DNA of 64,000 nt, from positions 10,031-74,030 of the forward strand of contig JBILCC010000001.1 in NCBI GenBank assembly GCA_044353355.1, in the 5' to 3' direction. The stretch comes from Aquirufa sp. (lineage in GTDB: Bacteria > Bacteroidota > Bacteroidia > Cytophagales > Spirosomataceae). Position 1 is the stretch's first letter. Every line of letters begins with the position of its first letter. The position numbers were made by a program, and so were the translations under genes. A model generated the notes under the pieces. It was given only the letters and a program-made list of their open reading frames with translations, was not told the DNA's origin and made no database searches. Shown here piece after piece: positions 9,757-20,541 of this stretch.

Positions 9757-12700
9757 TTAGTTCAAGAACTCATCAAACGTTAAGCTCACATAGTACATGG
9801 AACCTACCGTAGGGTTACCCCATGCTTGTCTGTATCCATCACTAAACAAGTTAGATCCACCAATTTTCATGTTAGACTTCAATGCCTTCATTTTTAAGCT
9901 CACCTGAGCATCGAAAGTTCCGAATGCAGGCATCTTAGATAATTGGAACGTAGAAACATCTGCATTTACGAATGAAGACTGCCAAGCAAATTCACCCTGC
10001 CATCTGTAAGACATAGAGAAACCAATGTTCTTTACAATCTCACGGTTAGCGAAGTTCAATACATAGCGATACTCAGGAGTGTTGAAAGAAGGTTGGAAAC
10101 CAGTTGCAGTTAACTTCTCTAAGTCACGAAGTTTATTGTATGAAACGTTACCTCCAATAGTGTAGTTTTTAGGTAAACGATAATCTAATCCTAATGCATA
10201 TCCATAAGATTCGATAGTCTCTGTTCTGTTAACTGGCATCGAATAGATACTTCTTGTACTTGAATTCAATAGGTTAAGGCCTAGAGTAGAAGCAGGGCTG
10301 GTTGCAACATAGTTTTTATCTTGCACCAATACTTGTCCACCTATGAAGTTTTCAAAGCTATTGAAATAACCATAAGCATCAACCAATAGTTTGTTAGCGA
10401 ACAATCCCTTGTAGCCTAACTCGTAAGATTTAACAATTTCTGGTTTAAACTCTTCTGCTTTGAATGGCACCAATAGAGCTTGATTAGCTGCTGCTGCATT
10501 TGCAGGTACTAATTGAGCAGCAATTGTCGGTACAATCGTAGGAACTAAAGCTGCAATGGCTGCAGGAGCCTGAGCTGCTGGAAGCTTGCCAGCCTGCACT
10601 TGCGCTGTAATGATACTGGTAGCTTGTGTAATGGCTAATTGAGTAGCTTGCTGAATGGAAGCTTGATAAACTGGTGAAGAAGGCTGAGTGGCTGATAAAA
10701 CAGCACCACCAAATTTAGTTACTGTTGCAAGTGTATATGCTGGGTTAGTAGCAAATTTGTAACGATCTCTAAAGAAAGGTAAACCACCAATTAAACGTGC
10801 TTGAGGAGTTACTAGGTCAATGAATAGATCTTGGGTCGTAGGCATACGGAATCCAGTTTGGAAAGAAGCTCTAAAGTTGTGCGCTCCTTCTGTGAATACA
10901 GCGGATACACGTGGAGAAACTTGTCCTTTAAATCTTTCTTTCTTATCATAACGAGCAGAAGCTGTCAATCTAAGCTTATCATTGAATAGAGACTTTGCAC
11001 CTTGAATATAAGCGCCATGCTCGTTGTTAGTAAACTCTTTGCCATTATCATCAGTAGCAAAAAGAGTCTTATCAGAGTTCAATTCGAATACTCTAAAGTT
11101 TGCGCCTACTACAAAATCGGCCCATTTGATTTCTTTAAATTGGTAAGAACCCTCAAAGTGATACAAATTAGTTTTGTCCACAAATTTAGCGCCTACGCCT
11201 GTAGCATTACCTGGAATAGGAAGGTTTACAACGTTATTCTTTGCAGCTTCGAATTCTGGAGTTCCAGGCATTAGTCTACCTTGGTCAGCAAATTTTCTTG
11301 CTGCAGCGTGAGCCAAAATCTCGTCTAAGCCACCTGCTCTTGCTTGAGCAAAAGCACCTACGTATTGAGGGAACCAAAGAGTACTCGGTTTCCATGCTTC
11401 GTTGATACCTTGCGCAGCAATACCTACTGCAAAGGCATCACCTGAACGCTCTTGGGTAGTATAAGCTCTTAAGAACCAGTTAGCACCTTTTAATTCAGCT
11501 TTGATTTGGCTTAATTGGAAGTTAGCGATGGAGTAACGGTCAGCACCTGTATATACTGTAGTTCCGAAACCATAGTTACCTTGTACGATAGCTTCCACAC
11601 GGTCATTGATTCTGTAATGAAGGGCTGCATTAAACTTCAATGATTTAGTACCATAATCGGCTAAATCTGATTCAGCATATCCCGTTCTTGAAATAGCAGT
11701 TTGTGGAATTAAAGGAAGAACTGCAGCAGGTAATGCACCTGCGCTAATCATACTCTGAGCTGTGCTATACATGTTAACGTTAGTTTCGTCACCATATACG
11801 TTAACACCATTGTATCCTGGATTAGAAATACGCGTGCCATAAGCGATTCTATTACCATTCAATAAAGATTGGTCTCTGAAATCGTTTGCTTGCCAATCAT
11901 CTGCTTTTAAATAAGATACGTTTACTTTAAAAGCAACCTTATTACTGAATGCCTTCGCAAATCTAGCGTTGAAGTCATAGAAACCTGTTTGTGCAGTGGT
12001 TCTATCTTTTTGATCCATTAAGCCAGATCTCACATTCACAGAAAGACCTTGGTATAAGAAAGGACTTTTAGAATTCATCAAAAGGATACCATTAATGGCA
12101 TTAGGTCCATAAAGTGCAGAAGCTGCTCCTGGAAGTAATTCAACGCTTTCTAAATCCAATTCAGAAATACCAGCAATGTTACCTACCGAAAAGTTTAGAC
12201 CTGGAGCTTGATTATCCATGCCATCAATCAGTTGTACCGTTCTCACGTTACCGTTGGCATTGAAGCCTCTTGTATTAAATGATTTAAAGGTCAAGGACTG
12301 TGTGCTCATTTCTACCCCTTTCAAGTTATTTAAAGCATCATAGAAGCTAGCTTGAGGGACATTACGTATAGCAAGAATATTCATTTTTTCAACAGAGACT
12401 GGAGATCTAAGAATACTTTCTTCTACTCTTGATGCTGAAACTACTACGTCTTGTCCTAAAACGGAGGTTTCTGTTAGTTCAACTGAAAGAGAAGACATTC
12501 CTCTTGTGATTTCGACTTCTTTCGTTCCGAAACCAACCATGGAGAAAACTAACGTAAATGGAGCATCTTGGTTAACTTTCAAGGAATACTTACCTGTTAG
12601 GTCTGAAATTGTTCCAGTTACTTTTCCTTTAACTTGGATGTTCACCCCTAGTAAAGTTTCCTTCGTGTTTGCATCCGTGACTGTACCTGAGATGGTAGTC

Positions 12701-12786
12701 TGAGCAAGTGAAACAGTAGATCCTAGCAAAAGGAATACAACCACTGAAAGCACTGAACTCCAGATTTTTCTGGTAAAATTTTTCAT
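9757..12786 (-). CDS. TonB-dependent receptor (non-SusC type) with carboxypeptidase-regulatory-like N-domain
   Basis: Likely start MKNFTRK at 12786; VVVSASR; plug ELLPGAASALYGPNAING. Confidence 0.9.
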   Translation of the reverse strand: MKNFTRKIWSSVLSVVVFLLLGSTVSLAQTTISGTVTDANTKETLLGVNIQVKGKVTGTISDLTGKYSLKVNQDAPFTLVFSMVGFGTKEVEITRGMSSLSVELTETSVLGQDVVVSASRVEESILRSPVSVEKMNILAIRNVPQASFYDALNNLKGVEMSTQSLTFKSFNTRGFNANGNVRTVQLIDGMDNQAPGLNFSVGNIAGISELDLESVELLPGAASALYGPNAINGILLMNSKSPFLYQGLSVNVRSGLMDQKDRTTAQTGFYDFNARFAKAFSNKVAFKVNVSYLKADDWQANDFRDQSLLNGNRIAYGTRISNPGYNGVNVYGDETNVNMYSTAQSMISAGALPAAVLPLIPQTAISRTGYAESDLADYGTKSLKFNAALHYRINDRVEAIVQGNYGFGTTVYTGADRYSIANFQLSQIKAELKGANWFLRAYTTQERSGDAFAVGIAAQGINEAWKPSTLWFPQYVGAFAQARAGGLDEILAHAAARKFADQGRLMPGTPEFEAAKNNVVNLPIPGNATGVGAKFVDKTNLYHFEGSYQFKEIKWADFVVGANFRVFELNSDKTLFATDDNGKEFTNNEHGAYIQGAKSLFNDKLRLTASARYDKKERFKGQVSPRVSAVFTEGAHNFRASFQTGFRMPTTQDLFIDLVTPQARLIGGLPFFRDRYKFATNPAYTLATVTKFGGAVLSATQPSSPVYQASIQQATQLAITQATSIITAQVQAGKLPAAQAPAAIAALVPTIVPTIAAQLVPANAAAANQALLVPFKAEEFKPEIVKSYELGYKGLFANKLLVDAYGYFNSFENFIGGQVLVQDKNYVATSPASTLGLNLLNSSTRSIYSMPVNRTETIESYGYALGLDYRLPKNYTIGGNVSYNKLRDLEKLTATGFQPSFNTPEYRYVLNFANREIVKNIGFSMSYRWQGEFAWQSSFVNADVSTFQLSKMPAFGTFDAQVSLKMKALKSNMKIGGSNLFSDGYRQAWGNPTVGSMYYVSLTFDEFLN

Positions 12787-13237
12787 ATTCTGAATTTGTA
12801 AAATGTTAATATGGTTTTTAAATAAAGTTGAATAAAATCCAAATTTTTCGAAATTTAAAGGAAAATGATAACTTTCTATACTTTTTATAAAAAAAATTCT
12901 CAAAAATTGAACTTTATTTAGAAAGAGCGATTCCGGGCCTATTGTTAAGAACTTAACGAATCAATTAGGTATACAAATTGAAGAAATATTCAACCTAATG
13001 GAATCAAACAAGCAAACTCAATGAATTCTTGTGCCTTGATAGGGCTTATTAATGTCAAATTTTGCCCACTAATGTAAAAAATATAAAAAAATAGTTAGCA
13101 GCTGTGTTATGTTTTCATTAAAAATTATAAAATTTGTTGTTTGAAAAATAATTTGATCATTTAGTTCCCGGATTAAATCAAGTATACCTTTGAAATTATT
13201 TTTCAACCATAAATCAAACTTTATCAAATCAAAAATT

Positions 13238-16200
13238 ATGAAGCTAAATTTACTTAAGAATTTGCTTGCCCTGTTTGTACTCTTACTGAGTGTAAGTACA
13301 GCGATGTCTCAGGGAGTTACTACTTCCGGAATTACCGGAACTATAACTGAACCTAATGGACAACCACTTTTAGGTGCAAGCGTGGTAGTTACTCACCTTC
13401 CTTCAGGTACGCGCTATGGTGCTGTATCTAACACAGAAGGTAAGTATTCAATTCCAGGCATGCGTGTGGGAGGGCCTTACAAGGTTTCGGCATCCTTCAT
13501 TGGATTTTCTACGAAAGAAGTAGACGGGTTGAATCTTTCTCTTGGAACGTTCTCTAACCTGAACATCACTCTTAAAGAAGACGGAAAAGTGCTTTCTGAG
13601 GTGGTAGTTAGTGCGAATCAAAACAGCCTATTCTCTAGTGAGCGTACGGGTGCAAGCACGGCGATTGACAACAGAACGTTGAATAAGCTTCCGACTATCT
13701 CAAGAAGTATTAACGACTTCACTAGATTGTCTCCACAATCCAATGGCCAGTCTTTCGCAGGTCAAGATTCTAGATTAAATAACATCACTGTCGATGGTTC
13801 TTACTTCAACAACTCATTTGGATTAGGTTCAGGCTCTAACCCAGGTGGTAGAACAGGTGTGTCTCCTATCTCTTTAGACGCGATCGAGCAAATTTCGGTA
13901 AACGTGGCTCCGTATGACGTGAGACAAGGTAACTTTACAGGAGCAGGTGTCAATACCGTAACTCGTTCTGGTACAAATGAATTTTCTGGTTCAGCTTATT
14001 ATTTCACACGAAATAACGATAACGTAGGTAAAATTGCTGGTGAAAACCGTTTCGATCCAGGTACTTTTAACTACAATCAAGTAGGATTCCGTGTAGGAGG
14101 TCCTATCATTAAAAATAAGTTATTCTTCTTTGCTTCATTTGAAGATGAGAAAGAATCAAGACCAGGTACAACTTGGAAAGCTAATTCAGGAACTGATCCA
14201 ATCACTGGTAACGTAACACGTGTTTTAGCATCTGACCTTGATGGATTAAGCTCTTATCTAAAAAGCAAGTTTAATTACGAAACAGGTCCTTACCAAGGAT
14301 ATGACAACCTAACAGTAGGTACTAAGTTTTTGGTTAAGTTAGACTATAATATCAATGATAAGAACAAGTTAAGTTTGAGATATAACCACTTAAATTCTTC
14401 TACTGATGTGTTAATGTCTGGTTCTTCTTCTTTAGGTTTCGGTAACCGTAACTTTAGATCAGAAGCATTGAACTTCCAAAACTCTAACTACAGCATCATG
14501 GAGAACATTCGTTCTCTAGTAGCAGAATTGAATTCACGTATCGGTTCGAACGTATCTAACAATTTAATTGTTGGTTATACTTACCAAGATGAAAGCCGCG
14601 GTGAGAAAGGATCATTCTTCCCAATGGTGGATATCTTGAACGCTGGTTCAACTTACACTTCTTTTGGATTTGAGCCATTCACTCCGAATAACGAGTTGAG
14701 ATACAAGACATTCCAAGTTCAAGATAACTTACAGATCTTTAAAGGAAACCATACATTCACGACAGGATTTAGTTACGAAAACTACCAGTCTGAAAATATT
14801 TTCTTCCCTGGTTCACAGTCTGTATATGTGTACAACTCTTTGGCTGATTTCTACAAGGATGCGGATAATTTCCTTGCTAATGGAAACAGTGTTGCTTCTG
14901 GCGTAAACTTGAGAAGATTCCAGGTTCGTTGGAACAATATTCCAGGATCTGATAAGCCAGTACAGCCTTTGGAAGTAAACTATGGTGGTGTATTCGTTCA
15001 GGATGAATGGCAGGCAAGACCTAATTTGAAGCTTACGGCAGGTTTAAGAGTAGATGTTCCTATCTTCGAGCAGACTGCACTTAGAAACAAAGAAATGGAA
15101 AGTTTCTATTTTAGGACTCCTGCTTCAGCTTATGTAAACTTCAGAACTGATGCACTTCCTGAGGCAAACTTATTATGGTCTCCTCGTGTAGGATTTAACT
15201 GGGATGTGTTTAATGATCAAAAGACTCAGGTTAGAGGAGGATCAGGTATATTTACCGGTCGTCCTGCTTATGTTTGGATTTCTAATCAAGTGGGTAATAA
15301 TGGTATCTTGACTGGATTTGCGCAATTCGATAACACTACGACGCGACCATTTAATCCAGATCCTAACAAGTACAAGCCTACTGAGGTTTCAGGTGCGCCT
15401 GCCTCTTCTTACGAGCTTGCTTTGACTGAGACGAACTTCAAGTTCCCTCAAGTTTGGAGAACTAACATCGCTGTAGATCAACAATTACCAGGTGGTATTA
15501 TCGCTACAGGTGAATTTATCTACAACCAAGATGTGAACGGGGTAGCTTATTACAATGCTAACTTGCCAGTTGCTTCATCTCAATTTGTAGGAAATGATAA
15601 TCGTTATAGATGGACTTCTAACAGAATTAATTCAAAAATTCCGAATGCAGTTACTTTGTCTAATCAGGCAGTTGGTAACTCATGGGTAGCTTCATTCTCA
15701 TTAGAGAGACCATTTACGAATGGATTATTCTTGAAGACAGCCTACAGCTATGGTGAATCAAAAAATACAGTGGATCCAGGATCAATTGCTTCAGGTACTT
15801 GGTTTGGAAACCCTGTTACTAGAGATGCAAACAACCCAGGTCTTGCTAATTCAGCGAACTTCATGGGACACAGAGTTTTTGCTATTGCTTCTTACTCTAA
15901 AGACCTCTTTAAAATTGGAAATACGTCTGTATCTCTTTTCTGGGAAGGTAGAACACTTGGTAATGCAAGTTACGTAGTGGGAGGAGATTTAAATGGCGAC
16001 GGTGGTACCTCTAACGATTTGATCTACATCCCTGCTACTAAAGCGGAAATGAACTTCCAATCATTCACAGCTAGTGGTAAGACGTTCACTCCTGCACAAC
16101 AAGCGGATGCATGGGAAGCTTACATCCTACAAGATGAGTACTTGAGCGCTAATAGAGGTAAATATGCTCAAAGAGGTGCAGTGATTATGCCAATGGTATT

Positions 16201-16504
16201 CCGTGCTGACCTTTCATTTGCTCAGCAATTGTTTACTAACATCGGTGGCAAAAGAAATACCTTGGAATTCCGTGTAGATATTCTAAACGTAGGAAATTTA
16301 ATTGATGCTGACTACGGTGTAGGTAAGACTTTCAATTCAACACAACCTCTTGTAGTAGGATCACCTGCTGCTAGTGCAGATGGCAGACCTCAGTATAGAA
16401 TGAGAAACCTTGGTGCTAACCTAGTTACTGAAACATACAGAGCAACTGCAGGCGTTTCTGACGTATGGAGAATGCAGTTTGGTTTGAGATATATCTTTAA
16501 CTAA
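13238..16504 (+). CDS. TonB-dependent receptor, Oar-like family
   Basis: Likely start MKLNLLK at 13238; PISLDAIEQISVNVAPYDVRQGNFTGAGVN.VTRSGTNEF; ends QFGLRYIFN. Confidence 0.92.
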   Translation: MKLNLLKNLLALFVLLLSVSTAMSQGVTTSGITGTITEPNGQPLLGASVVVTHLPSGTRYGAVSNTEGKYSIPGMRVGGPYKVSASFIGFSTKEVDGLNLSLGTFSNLNITLKEDGKVLSEVVVSANQNSLFSSERTGASTAIDNRTLNKLPTISRSINDFTRLSPQSNGQSFAGQDSRLNNITVDGSYFNNSFGLGSGSNPGGRTGVSPISLDAIEQISVNVAPYDVRQGNFTGAGVNTVTRSGTNEFSGSAYYFTRNNDNVGKIAGENRFDPGTFNYNQVGFRVGGPIIKNKLFFFASFEDEKESRPGTTWKANSGTDPITGNVTRVLASDLDGLSSYLKSKFNYETGPYQGYDNLTVGTKFLVKLDYNINDKNKLSLRYNHLNSSTDVLMSGSSSLGFGNRNFRSEALNFQNSNYSIMENIRSLVAELNSRIGSNVSNNLIVGYTYQDESRGEKGSFFPMVDILNAGSTYTSFGFEPFTPNNELRYKTFQVQDNLQIFKGNHTFTTGFSYENYQSENIFFPGSQSVYVYNSLADFYKDADNFLANGNSVASGVNLRRFQVRWNNIPGSDKPVQPLEVNYGGVFVQDEWQARPNLKLTAGLRVDVPIFEQTALRNKEMESFYFRTPASAYVNFRTDALPEANLLWSPRVGFNWDVFNDQKTQVRGGSGIFTGRPAYVWISNQVGNNGILTGFAQFDNTTTRPFNPDPNKYKPTEVSGAPASSYELALTETNFKFPQVWRTNIAVDQQLPGGIIATGEFIYNQDVNGVAYYNANLPVASSQFVGNDNRYRWTSNRINSKIPNAVTLSNQAVGNSWVASFSLERPFTNGLFLKTAYSYGESKNTVDPGSIASGTWFGNPVTRDANNPGLANSANFMGHRVFAIASYSKDLFKIGNTSVSLFWEGRTLGNASYVVGGDLNGDGGTSNDLIYIPATKAEMNFQSFTASGKTFTPAQQADAWEAYILQDEYLSANRGKYAQRGAVIMPMVFRADLSFAQQLFTNIGGKRNTLEFRVDILNVGNLIDADYGVGKTFNSTQPLVVGSPAASADGRPQYRMRNLGANLVTETYRATAGVSDVWRMQFGLRYIFN

Positions 16505-16522
16505 GCTTATAAGCTAGTCAAT

Positions 16523-16558
16523 AAAAAAGCGTCCCGGTGATCACCGGGACGCTTTTTT
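16523..16558. terminator. Bidirectional terminator between the convergent TBDR and glmS
   Basis: Perfect 36-bp palindrome AAAAAAGCGTCCCGGTGA|TCACCGGGACGCTTTTTT. Confidence 0.9.
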
Positions 16559-16604
16559 TATGTGCTAAAGAAAAGAAGGAGTTCAATCCACAATCCGGAC
16601 TTGA

Positions 16605-18440
16605 TTATTCCACGGTAACACTTTTAGCTAAATTTCTCGGCTTATCCACATCTAATCCTCTCAATACTCCAATGTAATAAGAAAGGATTTGAGTAGGAAT
16701 GACAGAGATAAGTGGAGCTAATAATTCATCTACTTCAGGAACCACCATTACGTGATCAGCCATGTCGCGAATTTGGGTATCGCCTTCTGAAATGACTGCG
16801 ATCACCATTCCTTTGCGTGCTTTTATCTCTTGGATGTTAGAGACGATTTTCTCGTAATAAGCGTCTTTTGTTGCGATGAATAAAACCGGTAGGTTTTCGT
16901 CTACTAAAGCGATAGGCCCGTGCTTCATTTCTGCTGCTGGGTAACCTTCCGCATGGATGTAGGAAATCTCTTTTAGTTTCAAAGCGCCTTCTAGAGCTAC
17001 TGGGAAATTGTATCCGCGGCCTAAGAACAAGAAGTCACGTGCGTCTGCGTAATGCTTCGCTACTTCTTTGATAGATTCATGTGTTTCTAAAACGGCTTTT
17101 ACCTTTTCCGGGATTAAAGCTAGTTCGGCTAAATAGCGGTTGTATTCCGTTTCCGTCACCGTCTTTTTCTCGCGTCCTATTTTGATGGCCATCATAGCTA
17201 AGACCGTTAGTTGTGCCGTAAACGCTTTCGTGCTTGCGACGCCAATTTCTGGTCCAGCATGAGTGTAAGCGCCAGAGTGAGAAAAACGAGCAATCGATGA
17301 TCCTACCGCGTTTACAACCCCAAAAATAAAGGCTCCCGCTTCTTTTGCTTTTTCGATGGCTACTAGCGTGTCGGCTGTTTCACCACTTTGTGAAATGGCA
17401 ATTAATACATCGCCTGCTCCTACGACTGGATTTCTGTAACGGAATTCTGAGGCGTATTCTACCTCTACAGGAATACGGCAAAGGGTTTCAATCATGTATT
17501 CTGCGACTAAACCGGCGTGCCAGCTCGTTCCGCATGCGACAATAATGATGCGTTTTGCTTGAGAGAATACGGACATGTGTTCTTCTACGCCTGCAAGCGT
17601 CAAAGTTAAGTTTTCCATGTCCAAACGGCCACGTAAACAATCCGTTAAGCTGCCGGGTTGGTCAAAAATTTCTTTCAACATGAAATGGTCGAAACCGCCC
17701 TTTTCGATTTGGGCTAATTCCATGTCTAATTGTTGTATATAGGGTGTAATGTTTTCATTACCTAAGTTCTTCAAGATGATTTCATCTGGAGAAATAATGG
17801 CTAATTCGTAGTCATTAACGTAGATTACCTTCTTTGTGTATTCGATAATAGGAGAAGCGTCAGAGGCTAAGAAATGTTCGCCATCGCCTACACCGATTAC
17901 TAAAGGAGAACCTTTACGGGCTGCGATTAAGCGATTAGGGAAGCCTTCTTCCATGACGATGATCACATAGGCACCTACGACGCGTTTTAAAGCGATGCGC
18001 ATCGCCTCTTCTAGGGATGACTTGTTGTTGATTTGGATGTCTTCAATGAAGTTTACCAAAACCTCCGTATCGGTCTCACTTTTAAAAGTGTAGCCTTTTT
18101 GAACTAATTCCTGCTTTAAAGAACCATAGTTCTCGATAATCCCATTGTGTACTAAGGTTAAGCGTCCACTATTTGAAGTGTGTGGATGTGCATTTGCATC
18201 AGATGGCTCTCCGTGGGTTGCCCAACGTGTGTGACCGATACCCACGGTAGCTTCTGAAATGATTTCCTCATCCCAAGCTTCTAGTTCTGCTACGCGGCCT
18301 TTTTTCTTGAATGTGTTTACCATATCACCGAATAATGCAATACCTGAACTATCATATCCACGGTATTCTAAGCGCTTTAGACCCTTTAAAATAACGGGAA
18401 ATGCTGGCTGTTTTCCGATGTAAGCTACGATTCCACACAT
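16605..18440 (-). CDS. glmS: Glutamine--fructose-6-phosphate transaminase
   Basis: MCGIV, GHTRWATHG, SQSGETADT, C-terminal PRNLAKSVTVE. Confidence 0.99.
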   Translation of the reverse strand: MCGIVAYIGKQPAFPVILKGLKRLEYRGYDSSGIALFGDMVNTFKKKGRVAELEAWDEEIISEATVGIGHTRWATHGEPSDANAHPHTSNSGRLTLVHNGIIENYGSLKQELVQKGYTFKSETDTEVLVNFIEDIQINNKSSLEEAMRIALKRVVGAYVIIVMEEGFPNRLIAARKGSPLVIGVGDGEHFLASDASPIIEYTKKVIYVNDYELAIISPDEIILKNLGNENITPYIQQLDMELAQIEKGGFDHFMLKEIFDQPGSLTDCLRGRLDMENLTLTLAGVEEHMSVFSQAKRIIIVACGTSWHAGLVAEYMIETLCRIPVEVEYASEFRYRNPVVGAGDVLIAISQSGETADTLVAIEKAKEAGAFIFGVVNAVGSSIARFSHSGAYTHAGPEIGVASTKAFTAQLTVLAMMAIKIGREKKTVTETEYNRYLAELALIPEKVKAVLETHESIKEVAKHYADARDFLFLGRGYNFPVALEGALKLKEISYIHAEGYPAAEMKHGPIALVDENLPVLFIATKDAYYEKIVSNIQEIKARKGMVIAVISEGDTQIRDMADHVMVVPEVDELLAPLISVIPTQILSYYIGVLRGLDVDKPRNLAKSVTVE

Positions 18441-18678
18441 AAAAGTTAAAATTTATTTTTGTATTATTTGAATAATCTGTTTTAGGGGGATTTTATCCTA
18501 TTTTTATCAGCAAATATCTCATATTTGAAGAATAATAACAAATTTATCGGACATATTTTACTTATTGGTTATTCAGCTTAATAGGATTCTTCCGGGATGG
18601 TTCTAGTGTGTCACGTTTTTTGCCTATTTTCGTTCTAGAGCTAACTATGCTATTCCATTATTCACTAATTATACATTT

Positions 18679-20541
18679 ATGAAAAAAGTCCTTTTTCTTG
18701 TTTTCCTTTTTTGTGCCTCTTTTTCTCTGACATCTCAAGATTTACGTGTTGAACCACTGAATTGGTGGGTTGGAATGAAGAATCCGAATTTACAATTATT
18801 GATAAAAGGTAAAGAGCTGAGTGGGGGCGTAGTGACGTCCACTATGAAGGGACTAACGGTTAAAAAAGTGACTAACGGCGATAGCCCTAATTACTTGTTT
18901 GTGGATTTAATCGTAGAGGCGGGAGCGCAGGCAGGAACTTACCCTTTGGTTATTAAAAAGAACGGAAACGTAATTCACACGATTAACTATAACTTAGAAG
19001 CTCGTGCGAAGGGTTCAGCGAATCGTCCTTCCTATTCCACGAAAGATGTGATCTATTTAATTACTCCTGATCGCTTTGCTAATGGCAATCCTGCAAATGA
19101 TAAAGTGGCTGGAATGCGGGAGATGTCTTTGAATAGAGCTGCTTTATATGATCGCCATGGAGGAGATTTACGTGGCATTTTGGACCATTTGGACTACATA
19201 AAAAATATGGGTTTTACCGCTATTTGGAATATGCCTGAAGTGGAGAACGACCAAACCATGGAAAGCTATCATGGATATGGGATTACAGATCACTACAAGA
19301 TTGATCGCCGTTTTGGGACGAATGAAGATTACCGCGAATTGGGGATGAAGACCCAGGCGAATGGCATGTATTTGATCAAAGATATTATATTGAATCACTG
19401 TGGAAATGGCCACTGGTGGATGGAAGATAAGCCGTTCAAGGATTGGATTAATTTTGGCGGAAAATTCACCTCAACGACACACCGCCGCGAGACCGTTCAA
19501 GACCCGCATGTGTCGAAATACGATGCGAAATTGCAGACAGAAGGTTGGTTCGTTCCGGCCATGCCTGATTTAAATCAGAAGAACCCGTTTATGCAGCAAT
19601 ATATTATCCAAAACACCATTTGGTGGATCGAATATGCGCATTTAGGAGGTCTGCGCATTGATACATATCCGTATTCGACGAAGGAATTTGCGACGATGTG
19701 GTCAGATGCTGTTTTAGCAGAATATCCGAATTTAAATATGGTAGGAGAGGAGTGGTCATCGAATCCGATTATCACCTCTTACTGGCAGCGCGGAAAAGTG
19801 AATCGTGATGGTTACAAATCATCCTTGCCCGCTTTGATGGATTTTCCTTTGCAAAACGCTATCTCAGAGGCGATGAACGAAAATGATAAAGAATGGGGTA
19901 AGGGATTGAACAAAATCTACAGTGCTATATCGAATGATTTAGTCTACGCGGATCCAGATAATCTAGTTGTTTTCATGGATAACCATGATATGTCACGTGT
20001 TTACACGCAGGTGAAACATGATCAGGCTTTATTAAAGATGGCTATGACGTATATTTTCACCACTCGCGGGATTCCGCAAGTATTTTATGGCACGGAAATT
20101 TTGATGTCTAATCCGAAATCAAACGAACATGGTGAGATTCGCGGGGACTTCCCAGGTGGGTGGGCTGGAGATACAAAGAACGCATTTACAGGCGCAAACT
20201 TAACGGCGGACGAGAAGGCGACGCAGGATTTCTTCAAGAAGATGTTGAACTGGAGAAAAGGTTCGGAGGCAATCCACAAGGGCAAATTGATGCATTTTGG
20301 ACCGGAGAATTCGGGTGAAGGAAATGGCGTTTATGTGTATTTCCGATATACAGATAAGGCCAAAGTTATGGTGGTTCTAAATAAGAACGCAGATGCACGT
20401 GCCATCGACTTAAGTCATTACGAAGAAATTTTGCCAGCGGGGGCAAAGGCGCATAATGTGATGGAATCAACGGATGTCGTTTTCGGGAAATCACTGAGCG
20501 TTCCTGGTAAAACCGCTCAGATTTTTGAAATAAAGGAATAA
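18679..20541 (+). CDS. GH13 cyclomaltodextrinase/neopullulanase (SusA-like)
   Basis: RVEPLNWWVGM N-domain; GH13 regions DIILNH, GLRIDT, GEEW, FMDNHD. Confidence 0.93.
   Translation: MKKVLFLVFLFCASFSLTSQDLRVEPLNWWVGMKNPNLQLLIKGKELSGGVVTSTMKGLTVKKVTNGDSPNYLFVDLIVEAGAQAGTYPLVIKKNGNVIHTINYNLEARAKGSANRPSYSTKDVIYLITPDRFANGNPANDKVAGMREMSLNRAALYDRHGGDLRGILDHLDYIKNMGFTAIWNMPEVENDQTMESYHGYGITDHYKIDRRFGTNEDYRELGMKTQANGMYLIKDIILNHCGNGHWWMEDKPFKDWINFGGKFTSTTHRRETVQDPHVSKYDAKLQTEGWFVPAMPDLNQKNPFMQQYIIQNTIWWIEYAHLGGLRIDTYPYSTKEFATMWSDAVLAEYPNLNMVGEEWSSNPIITSYWQRGKVNRDGYKSSLPALMDFPLQNAISEAMNENDKEWGKGLNKIYSAISNDLVYADPDNLVVFMDNHDMSRVYTQVKHDQALLKMAMTYIFTTRGIPQVFYGTEILMSNPKSNEHGEIRGDFPGGWAGDTKNAFTGANLTADEKATQDFFKKMLNWRKGSEAIHKGKLMHFGPENSGEGNGVYVYFRYTDKAKVMVVLNKNADARAIDLSHYEEILPAGAKAHNVMESTDVVFGKSLSVPGKTAQIFEIKE

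Noticed and set aside
18441-18678. glmS ribozyme upstream of glmS
   Set aside because: Short AT-rich divergent promoter region; no recognisable ribozyme core
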